Source: Eledone cirrhosa (Eukaryota). From it: a stretch of DNA of 64,000 nt. The notes beneath the pieces were generated by a model that saw nothing but the letters and a program-made list of their open reading frames with translations, was not told the DNA's origin and did no database searches. This document shows positions 40,864 to 52,247 of the stretch, piece by piece. Location of the stretch: positions 222,704,001 through 222,768,000 of the forward strand of contig OZ024740.1 in assembly GCA_964016885.1 (NCBI GenBank), given 5' to 3'. The position numbers and the translations under genes are program-made. How positions within the stretch are numbered: the first letter of the stretch is position 1; the number at the start of each line of letters is the position of its first letter.

Positions 40864-41115
40864 GACTATATATATGTGTTTGTGTTTATATTATATCTGT
40901 ATTTTTGACCGTTAGTCAGTCAATGGTAAACATTGAAGACCGAATAAATTAGCTGATATAAAAGATACAGAAGCGAAAACCAAACAGTGACTGTGTTCTG
41001 TTATTAATTCTGGCAATATTATTGCAACAATATGACCCTCCCCAAGTATAACAATATTTGTATCGACACACGATTTTATATAAAAAACCTCGCAAAAATA
41101 ATTATATATATATAT

Positions 41116-41644
41116 ATCATCATCATCATCGTCATCATCATCATTTAACGTTCGCCTTTCCCTGCTTGCAAGGGTGGGACGGTTCTTATTCAGCACAACA
41201 TCTCTCCACGTGTCACTGTCCTTCGTCATCTCCACCGTGAGCTTCAGCGATCTGAGGTCTGTTCTCACCACCTCCGCCGATGTTTTTCATGGTCTACCTC
41301 TACCACGTCTTCCTTCAACTGGTATTCCCTGACACTTCTTCACCCATCGGTCATCCTCCATGTGCATCACATGTCCATACCACCTCAGTCTCCTCTCCCG
41401 TACACTACATTCTATCCCTCTCAGACACAGTTTCTCTTTCAACACATTCATGCTGGGTCGTTCACGCACATTTACACTGCACATCCAACGGAGCATGCTT
41501 GCCTCATTTCTCTCCAGCCGTCGCATATCCTCTGCAGTTGCTGCCCATGTCTCACTACCATGCAGCATTGCGCTCCTCACACAGACATCATACAACCGGC
41601 CTTTCGTACGCAGGGAGAAACCCTTCTTTGTCAGCAGAGGAACC
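41116..41644 (-). mobile_element. RTE LINE family 2, 5'-truncated
   Basis: PLLTKKGFSLRTKGRLYDVCVRSAMLHGSETW...RRLERNEASMLRWMC...RRLRWYGHV...GRGRP; (GAT)n tail; flanked by TA tracts. Confidence 0.95.
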
Positions 41645-41686
41645 ATATATATATATATAAAGGCATGTGTATATATATATAAAGCA

Positions 41687-41753
<67 letters not shown>

Positions 41754-42499
41754 GCATTAGAAGTATCATTTTAATGTAGAAAACCTCTCTCAAAATACCT
41801 TAGTCTAACACATGCAGGCATGGAAAAAGTGGATGTAAAACCAATGATGATTATTATGATGACGATGACTATGATAATGATACATACTTGTAGTATATGT
41901 TAATATTAAATATACTTTTACAGGATTATCAGCAACATGAAGGGAACAATATCGTTCATATACGTTTACATCAGTACACGATATGCTGTAGCCATTACCT
42001 CAATATTATGACCATATTCGACAATATATTATTATTTTTACAAGACTGACACTTACAAGTGACACTTTTAGACAGTTTAGTACCCCAATTTACTCAATCT
42101 AAAGCGCACTTGTTTTCCATCATGATAATGATACAAGCAAGAATTTACCATTCCCTCTAAGTTCCCTGTCTCTTTAGCTATGCTTGTAATAGGTTAAAAG
42201 TTTCCCTAAGATAGATGATAGAATGCCAAAGACATTGGCAGTTATAAATGCATGGTATGAGTTGGCACAATTGAATTCACTCAAAAATGGTAATTTTCCA
42301 TCAATGTATCTTCTGGTATATCACACACACACACACATTTATATATGAAACATATACATACATAAACACACATACACACACACACACACATATGTATATA
42401 TATGCATATAGATGTCACTCTATCCCTCTCTCTCTATATATACACACATATGCATATGTATAAATATATATATGTATATCTATATACGGACGTAAAATG

Positions 42500-42529
42500 A
42501 TGATAATGATGATCTATAGATTATACATA

Positions 42530-42592
<63 letters not shown>

Positions 42593-42691
42593 ATATATAT
42601 ATCTATATATTATACATATATATACTGTACCGATTGTGCTGCTATTTCTGTTTACCTTTTACATACATATATATATACATATATATTTATG

Positions 42692-42734
<43 letters not shown>

Positions 42735-42735
42735 G

Positions 42736-42793
<58 letters not shown>

Positions 42794-42877
42794 TAAAATG
42801 TGGAGAAGGAGCACACACAATATATATATATATATATATATGGGTGTGTATGTATGTATAATAGATATGTATGTATA

Positions 42878-42965
<88 letters not shown>

Positions 42966-42985
42966 TGAGTAAGAGAGAGAGAGAG
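42500..42985. repeat. Compound (CA)n/(TA)n/(GA)n microsatellites
   Basis: Directly visible. Confidence 0.95.
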
Positions 42986-43925
42986 GGAAATGTGTATGTA
43001 TGCATGTGCATTTATGTGTTACAAATCTGTGTGAGATTGGGTGACTGTATCTGTGTGTAAAGTTTTCTTTGCTCTGCAGCGTTTGACTATGATAAATGTC
43101 ATATGAATCTAATCACACAGTTTCATTTTCCATTCTGTCTAATGTTATAGCAGTAAAGATATCCCAAAATATTAGGCTTATGTTCCTCGGTGATAAATGG
43201 AATATGCTCCATCCATAAAGAAAAGCGCTACAATTTAAACCTTATACAAGGAAATATGAACAAACTTGTGTGTTCACGATAAGGATACATTTATTTATCG
43301 AAATATATATATTCTTCACACATATTTACTTTCACTTTTACTTTCAAAAGTAAGCTGCAGCTTAAAATGCGATTAAGGTCAATACATTAAGTATACAGCT
43401 AAGGAAATACAAATTTTGCTGTTCCAAAAACAAAACCTAACTCACAACAATACCGGTGGTTGCAGTACACACACATTCTCTCACACATATGTGTATACTA
43501 TATATATATGATAGCTGCAACTCAATTGCGATACTTAAGCATGAGCATCATCGACGTGACTTTTTAGTGCTACTAGGGAATTGCCTATAGCCAGCAATAC
43601 CACGAATTGCAAAGAATGTCAGATATCAATCGGATTTGTTTTTCATTCAGCAGCATGTCCAAATTAGCCCTCCTCACCAAGCAAGCTTGGTGGGTTTGCC
43701 AGTTTAGTCACCAAGACCCAACAAAGCACAGGCTGTACTGGGTTATATGTTACCAGTAGTGCTAAAGTGCGACCTGACATACAGCTGTAGAAACCAAGTC
43801 AAAATCGGTTCAGTATGAGCATGACATGGTTACCTGACCTAGCATTGTTCAAATCATAACTCATCTAACCCATGCTAGTGTTGAGAAATTGACATTAATC
43901 GGTGATGATTGTGATATATATATAC

Positions 43926-46900
43926 ATCATCATCATCGTCGTTTAACGTCCATATTCCACGCTCGCATGGGTTTGGACGGGAGTTTTCCCACTTGAGGCA
44001 AGAGTGGTTGTCTTGCTCGCATAGGACTGTCTGGCGGGTTTTCTACGGCTGGATGCCCTTCCTAACACCAACCACATTTACAGTGTGGAACTGGGAGGTT
44101 TTTACCGTGTTGCGTACACGGCCACATTACAGCGTGGACTGTGTGTTTTTTTTGTCGTGACACCGACACGACCTCGTTTGTTTCGGACTGGATGTTGTGG
44201 TACCAACATAACTTTACATTGAAAGGGGTGGTGTGGATGGGGTGGGGGTAGTGGGACGAGGGTGTATTTTGTTAGAGGTGCCTATTGACTGTAGTAGGTT
44301 TCACATTGCACTTAGGTAAGGCGGGTCTTCTCTATTACTGTGTAGCGCCAAAGATCTCGGTCCAGTAACATTGTCTTAGAGGTGTGTGTGAGGTCGGAAT
44401 TTATCAAGTCGTCCCAGGTTTTTCTGGGTCTGCCTAATCCGTGGCTACCCGTCTATTTTTATTGCCCTGCACTTTTTTATTCAGCTGTCGTCTTTCATGC
44501 GTATCACGTGACCATACCAACGTAGTCTTCTCTCGAGTAAACAACATCTGATCCCTCTTATTTCTAATTTCTCCCTTAGTTTGTTTATGCTTTGCTGTTC
44601 ACGTATATTACTATTACACATCCTGCGGAGCATGCAAACTTCGTTTCTCTCCAGTCTGCGTATATCCTCTGCACACAATGCCTAGGTCTCACTGCCATGT
44701 AACATTGCTGTTCGTATGCAGGCATCATACAGCCTGCCTTTCATTTTTAGAGAGAACCCTTTAGCGGCCAATAAGTGGTATAAGCTCTCTGAACTTTTTC
44801 CATCCCGTTCTGACTCTAGCTACTATACTTTCAGAGAACCCTCCCTCACTGCTGATTTTGTCACCCAGGTAACGGAAGCTGTCCACTGTTTCTATAGAAC
44901 CATCTGTGCAATGGAATGAGTTAGTATTCTGTGGGCACTTGCTGCTACTTATTGCACCAGAGCACCGGCCACATATAAAATCTATATTCTTAGTTAGCTT
45001 ACCTGTGATCCCACTACATCTTTTATGTACCCATACGTTGCATTTGGGACATAAAATGGAGTTTCTACCTACTCCTTTCCTACACACTGAGCATGGCTAT
45101 TTCCCAGATGGGACCGGTGCCCTATTTTCCTTCCTACAAACTAGAACTTTAGTCTTAGACAAGTTAACTTTAAGGCCTTTTGATTCTAGGCCATGCTTCC
45201 ATGTTTGGAATTTCTTCTCTAGTTCAGCCATTGATTCACCTATGAGCGTTAGATCATCTGCATATATGAGTTCCCATGGGCAGCCGGTCTTGAACTCCTC
45301 TGTTATAGCCTGAAGGGCAATAATAAATAGTAGGGGGCTAAGGACTGAGCCCTGATGAACATCAACTTTTACGCTAAACTCTTCACTATATTCGTTGTTA
45401 ATTCTAACCTTGCTGACTGTTTCTTTATACATGGCTTGTATAGCTCTCACAAGCCATTCATCAACACCTAGTTTTCTAAGGGCCCACCAGATAATCGAGC
45501 GGGGTACTCTGTGAATGGCTTTCTCCAACTCAACAAAAGCTAAGTATAGGGGTTTACTTTTAGCTAGGTACTTCTCCTGTAGTTGTCGTACAATGAAAAG
45601 AGCGTCTGTGTACTTTTACCTGACACAAACCCAAACTGCATTTCGTCTAGATCAATTCGCTCTCTGATTAGTTGCGCTATTACTTTTTCTGTGACCATCA
45701 TGACCTGGTCAATTAATTTAATGCCTCTATAGTTTCCCCTATCTAGGGAATCACCTTTACCCTTGTAGCAGTTAATGATGATGCTGCTGCGCCAGTCCTT
45801 CGGTACGACCCCATTCTGTATGACTTGGTTTACTATCCGGGTGACCATAGTGTGTCCCACCGTTCCAGATGCTTTCAGCATTTCGGCAACTATTTCCGAA
45901 GGCCCGGCCGCCTTGCCCGTCTTCATGTCTTTGATCGCCTTACTTATTATACTACCTTCAACATGCACTGCTGGTCCCTCTATTGGGTCGATGTGGGGGA
46001 GACTGTCTTTCTCCCAATTATTCTCATCATTTAGTAGCCTTTCGTAGTGACACTTCCAAGCTACCTTCTTATCAGCGTCAGTGATGGCAAGTACACCATC
46101 ATCATTTAGGACACACTTCTCCCCGACAATATCACTGTTTTCCTTGACACATTGCCTAGCAATCCTGAATGAACACCTCACGCTTCTGGTCCTCGCGTTG
46201 TAGAACATGCTTGAACTTTCTTTCCTCTGCTTCCCTTCATGCGAAGTACACTTGTCTCCTAGCTTCCCTCCTGGCCACTTGATAGTTTTCTCTACTTCTC
46301 CCATCCCGCCATGCTTTCCAAGATTGCTTTTTGGCCTTGATTGACCTCTCCACCTTACTGTTCCACCACCAAGTTACTCTCCTCCTGCCTATAGGCCTGC
46401 TCCAGCCACAGGTTTCATCTGTCGCCTTCAGCAGGTTAGCTTTCAGGAATTCCCACTGTTCCTCTATATTGTACAACTCTAATTGCTCTTCCTTACTATC
46501 AAAAGCATCAAGTAATATACTTTTAAATTAATGACTGGCTGTGGGGTCCTTTAATTTCCATATTTTTCTCCTGAGGATAGGTCTCTTGTGTTGTCGAATA
46601 CGTCTCGTCCTGACTATGAGGTCGCTAATTATGAGTCTATGTTGAGACGTGCATTCTTCATGGGGGAGGGATTTACTGTTTACAACAGACACTTTGTCAC
46701 GTCTCCTGGTAAGGATATAATCTACCTGGCTTGTGTGTTCCCCCGATCTATAGGTGATTAAGTGATTGTCTCGTTTTTTGAAGTTAGTGTTACAGATAGT
46801 TAGGTTATTTGCGTCACAGAATTCCAGGATTCTGGAGCCTTACTCATTTCTAGTACCAAACCCATAGCCTCCATGGATTCTGTCATAGCCGTCACAATAT

Positions 46901-47659
46901 TGTCCAACGTGACCATTTAGGTCGCCAGCAATAATTATATAGTCACTGTCGGTTATTTGGGAGGTTGTGACCATCAGTGTCTCATAGAATCTGTCTTTTT
47001 TAGTGCCGGGCAGTCCGGATTGGGGTGCGTACGCAGATATTACTGTCACCGTGGTTCTATTGAGGACAAGTCTTATTTTAATTATTCTGTCGTTTACTCT
47101 ATTTACGTCTATTATCTTATCTGCCCACTTTTCTGCTACCATGATTCCTACTCCATCCAGCCCATTGTCATTTCCCACCCAGAAAAACTTATAGCATCGT
47201 TCTTGACCCACGATGAATCCAGCAGACCCACCCCACCACCTGGTCTCTTGAACACAACAAACATCGAGCTCCTTACGTTCAAGCATTTCTACAACCTCGT
47301 TAGAGCGACCTTTTAAGGTGCCTACATTCATGGTACCAACTCTGAAGTTTTGGATTGCGTTTGGAGGGTGGGGGCGGTGGGGCGCAGGTGGAGATGGGGG
47401 AGATGGGGTTATGTTAGCCATCCGCGGCCGAAACAAAGAGGAGGAGCCCTTGCATTCTCGTCCATGAGGTGAATTTGTCTTTATATTTGGCATTGTCACT
47501 GAGTGTCCAGATTTTTTTTTTTCAACTCTCCAGAATTCCGTAGTCCATCCATCATATCGGAAGGCAACCAGGTAAGCGATAGCATAAGCCGCTGACTATT
47601 GATTGGCCCACGTAATAATGGTGGTGCGTGGGGGCGGGTGGGAGGGATATTGGGTAGTT
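43926..47659 (-). mobile_element. Near-full-length RTE-clade LINE (family 1, about 3.7 kb)
   Basis: Short 5' UTR, a single APE-RT ORF, 3' UTR and (GAT)n tail; flanked by TA repeats. Confidence 0.95.
44312..47493 (-). pseudogene. RTE ORF (AP endonuclease plus reverse transcriptase), disrupted
   Basis: APE motifs GTMNVGTL, CVQETRW, ISAYAPQ, AGDLNGHVG; RT motifs GKAAGPSEI, NYRGIKL, QFGFV, VHQGSVLSPLLF, LIYADDL, FRYLGD. Several stops and frameshifts. Confidence 0.95.
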
Positions 47660-48204
47660 ATATATATGCATATATATATATAATTCAAACTGGACTATTT
47701 AGAGTCTTTTATAATAACCCATTATTATTAACTGTCAATAGATCAACTAATCACTGAATCAACATCATAACCTTTCTTTCTCTCTCTTTCCCTAAAATTA
47801 TTTCACCTCTCACATAACTTCCAATTTATTAATTTATCCTTTATTTAGCACTGTACTATTTCTTCATAATATAATTTAACCAATACATATATGTATATAT
47901 TTAATATTTTCATATTTATACCATCACATCTTTATACTTTAACCACCACCGCAACTATTTTCAACAATCATATGTTCACTTTTTTTCACACACATATATA
48001 TATATTTCACTCATTTTTTATCATCTTCATTCTAACTTATTTATTATTTTTTCTTTTTTTCTTTTTCTCTCCCTCTTTTTCTTTTTTCTTTTTTTCTTTT
48101 TCTGTCGCTCTCTTTCTTTTTTCTTTTTTCTTTTTCTTTCTTTATTACTGATGTTGTAATTTTAATTTTCCTAGTATATTACAAACGCCGTGTATAATTT
48201 TAAT

Positions 48205-48317
48205 CAGTTATTCTGATGATTTGATTAGGCATACATTATATTTAAAATTGAGTGACACAACTTCAAGTGATTAGCAATTTTTAGACAACTTAACCAATGA
48301 AACAATTGTTAATACTG
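48205..48317 (+). ncRNA. Hammerhead motif with an extended stem II (about 80 nt)
   Basis: cagttatt CTGATGA tttgatta...taaccaat GAAA caattg TT aatactg, then aataaa and a TA tract about 50 nt later. Confidence 0.6.
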
Positions 48318-48426
48318 TAAATAAAACCCTTTTTGTAATGTTGACCATGTTTTTCTTCACTCTTTCACTATATATGCATATATATATATACATATATATA
48401 CGCATATATATATACACACATATTAT

Positions 48427-48461
<35 letters not shown>

Positions 48462-48570
48462 ACCACAAACCTGCCCACCCTATCTTAATTACCCCTTCTT
48501 AATTAAATCCCTCTTCCCCACATAAAGTATTTTCTATTTATACAGTGTCTGCTACTGAAATGTTAGTTCT

Positions 48571-48614
48571 TGTCTGATGATTCTGTGATAAACAGGCAAA
48601 ACTCCAGAGTGACA
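48571..48614 (+). ncRNA. Degenerate hammerhead motif
   Basis: tgt CTGATGA ttctgt-gataa-acaggc AAAA ctc-ca-gag TG aca; both the G of GAAA and the cleavage base are mutated. Confidence 0.45.
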
Positions 48615-48666
48615 CAGTTCATTATTTAGCCTTAATAAAATGAAATCGGGACTCACATACTTATAC

Positions 48667-51027
48667 ATATCATCATCATCACCATCATCATTTTACTTCT
48701 GCTTTTCCCTGCTTGCAAGGATGGGACAGGTCCTCTTCAGCACAGCATCTCTCCATTCATCACGGTCCCTCGTCATCTCCTGTGTGAGCTTCAGCGATCT
48801 GAGGTCAGCTCTCACCACCTCTGCCCATGTTTTTCATGGTCTTCCTCTACTACATCTTTCTTCCACCAGGATTTCTTGGCACTTCTTCACCCAGCGGCCA
48901 TCTACCATGAGCATCACATGGCCATACAAACGTAGTCTTTTCTCCCACACACTACAGTTTATCCATCTTACACACAGTTTCAATCTCAACTCGTTCATGC
49001 TTGGTCGTTCATGCACATTGACATTACACATCCATTGGAGCATGCTCGCTTTCAATCTGTCCAGCCATCACATATCCTCTACAGTTGCTGCCCATGTCTC
49101 ACTACCAAGCAGCATTGCGTTATCCCACTACACCTTTTGTGCATCCAAGATCTACATTGTGTACATTTTATAGACTTTATGCCAATTCTTTTTTTACATA
49201 TCAAGCATGGTCATTTCCCTAATGGAATCAGAGTCTTGTCCTCTTTCCTACTTATCAACACTTTAGATTTTGCTAGGTTTACTCTCAGTACTCTTGATTC
49301 CAACTGCTGTTTCCATAGCCGAAATTTATTCTCTAGCTCCTCTACTGATTCTGCTATAAGTACCAGATCGTCAGCATAGAGAAGTTCCCATGGGCAGCCA
49401 GTCTTAAATTCCTCTGTTATGGCTTGGAGAACTATAATAAATAAGAATGGGCTGAGGACCAAACCCGGATGAATACAAACTTGTATCTGGAATTCCTCAC
49501 TAAACTCCATTCCTACTCTCACTTTACTGGCAGCATCTCTGTACATAGCTTGCACTGTTCTCACAAGCCTAGTTTCCTTAGGGACCACCAGATGACAGAT
49601 TGGGGTACTTATTCGGTCCTTAATGTTTACCATTGACTCCTCCATACATAACTTGATTGACTATGCATGCCACAATGTGTCAACAAATCCTGATTTACAC
49701 TGGCACACTGCCTTGCAATGCGGAACACCGCACGTCTCTCATCCTCTCATTGTAGAACATTGGCAAACCTCCTACTATTAGCTTCCCTGCGTGCTAAGTA
49801 TACCTGACATCTAGCCTCTCTTTTAGTGGCTGAGTATCGTTCTCTACTCTCCCCATTTTCCCAATCTTTCCATGCTTGTCTTTTATCTTTAATGGCTCTA
49901 TCTACCATGCTGTTCCACCACCAAGTCACCTACTGTCTGTTTGGAGCTTAGCTCCAGCCACAATTCTCTTCAGTTGCGTGCAGTAGGTTGTTGCGTAAGA
50001 ACATCCAGTTATCTTCTATATCATATAATTACAATTTGTCTTCTTTTGTGTCATAAATTTATATTTAAGTGAAAGGTCCTTTAGCTTCCAAACCTTCCCT
50101 TTCCATACCTTTCTGTGGGTCTCATTCTGTCTCTTGCTTATTGAGATGTCACTAATGACTAACCTATGTTGGGGGGTACATTCTTCCGCAGGGTATGCTC
50201 TAGTATTCGTAACCATCTGTCTGTCTCATTGCCTAACTAGCAAGAAGTTAATCTGGCTTATGTGCTAACACTCCTAACACCCCCCCCCCCAATGTCCTAA
50301 GACATCACCCATCACTAGTTAAGTCCCCCACCCCACACTAAATCTACTTTTCCAATCTCATGAACCTCCCCCCACCCAGCCTCCAGTACTCACTGTAAAT
50401 TGGTCATTTTAGTGAAAAAAAGCCTTCCTTCAACACTGTAAAGTGATTGTGTTGGTGACATGACAAAAAGCATGCAGGCCACACTGTAAAGTGGTTATTT
50501 TGTCAATCTGGCTTATGGCTAATTGGTAGGTTATTAGGTGATGATTGGCAGGTTTCCTGAAGTTAGTGTTGCAAATGGTTAGTTTACTTGCATCACAAAA
50601 TTCAAGAAGCCTCACTCCTTCTTTGTTTCTTGAGCCATAACTATAACCACCATGTACCCCAGTGCATCCATCCTAGAGTTGTCCAATATGACCATTAAAG
50701 TCACCTGCTAGTATGACAAGGTCTCTGTCCTCTGTCACTACGGTTGTCTCTAGAAGTTGCTCATAAAAGCAGTCTTCTCCTCTTTACCTAGGCCCGTTTG
50801 GGAAGCATAGGTAGAGATAATTGTCAGCAGTCTATTGCCTACAACTAATCTAATCTTAATGATTCTATTACTTACTCTAACTACCTCTATTTTCTTGTTA
50901 ATCCACTTCTCAGCCAGTAAGATGCCTGCCCCACCTAACCCATCATTGTTTCTTACCCAGAAAAGCTTAAAGCTAAACTGTTTGCTTGCGATTTGTCTTG
51001 CTGAGGCACCTCTCCATCTCACCTCTT
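48667..51027 (-). mobile_element. RTE LINE (family 2-like), decayed with internal deletions
   Basis: EEVRWRGASA, ISTYASQ, RLLEFCD, CNTNFRKP, TWWWN, WELLYADDL, RLRLYGHV; (GAT)n tail at 48667. Confidence 0.9.
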
Positions 51028-51028
51028 C

Positions 51029-51095
<67 letters not shown>

Positions 51096-51189
51096 CATAC
51101 ACACACATTTCCTCATAATCCTTATCACCATTTAACTTCCATTTTTCCATGCTAGAATCAGTTAGACAGGTTGTCCCATTGTGAGACAA

Positions 51190-51910
51190 ATCAGATCAGG
51201 TCTTGTACATACAGAACTGATTTTGGCTTGGTAATATAAAAGTAACATCAGAAAACGTAACTAGTAACAACAGTAATAATTCACATTTTGTTTTCGTCAA
51301 CATCCAAAACAAAAACATACACATACCGACCATAATTAAATATGGAATGATACGCGATGACCCCCCCCCCCCCACACACACACACACAGCCCCAGCGGTC
51401 AGAATGGAAAAGGCATTTCCCCGGAGGACGGCAAGGGAGACGCGCTGGAAAAGCCACTCCAACTCGCGGGACTCCACCTGTGGCTGGCCAGCTCAGTGCC
51501 TATGGTGGTGAGTAGGGAGGTAGCCCTAGGGCCGAGGACACCAGAAGTCTCCACTGCCAAGGGCACAACCTGTTGGAGAGAGACCGGTATTTTAGGAGTT
51601 TAGCCGCCTCAGCCCGACATGCAGCAGAACCTGGGTTAATCACAGACTGCACCAGATTGCAGTTGCAGAAAGTGTCAATGCAAGTGGCATTCCAGACGAC
51701 GGGTTTGCCACCACGAAACGGGAAGATGGTCATGCCATCTGGCCTTTTTCCATCCCCTCGGTCCATCCCCACCCGCTCAAGCTGGGAAGGGAAGCTTGCA
51801 GCGCTTAAGCCATGCTTTATGACCTCGTTGAGGGCAGAATGGCGTGGAAGGCGGTCGGCACTGTGGCGACAGGTGGAGGCCATAAGGGTCCACAGTGGAC
51901 CCGCAGCAAC
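51190..51910 (-). mobile_element. CRE-like non-LTR retrotransposon 3' fragment (restriction-like endonuclease domain)
   Basis: RHSALNEVI...E..G...DGKRPDGMT..PF..GK.VVWNATC.DT...GSAA..AE..K..KY and FQRVSLAVLRGNA..IL, the RLE signature of early-branching non-LTR elements. Confidence 0.8.
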
Positions 51911-52247
51911 ATTGTGTACTGGGCGTGTTTTGTCATGGCACCAAAATAACCATTTTACAGTGTGGCCTGCATGCTTTTTGTCATGTTACCAATACAATCA
52001 CTTTACAGTTTTGAAGGAAGGCTTTTTTTCACCAAAATGACCAATTTACAGTGAGTACTGGAGGCTGGGTGGGGGGAGGTTCATGGGATTGGAAAAGTAG
52101 ATTTAGTGTGGGGTGGGGGACTTAACTAGTGATGGGTGATGTCTTGGGACATGGAGGGAGTGTTAGGACGTGGGAGGTGGTTGGAAGGGTAGGGAAGGGA
52201 ATGTAGGGGAAAGGGCTATATGCTAGATGTATGCTTTAATAAATATA

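Larger units (their letters stand above)
39080..41082 (+). mobile_element. 5'-truncated Penelope-like element with inverted terminal repeats (about 490 bp)
   Basis: 39080-39565 is the reverse complement of 40561-41053, enclosing a GIY-YIG ORF remnant. Hammerhead motifs at 40820-40863 (+) and 39273-39316 (-). Confidence 0.9.
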
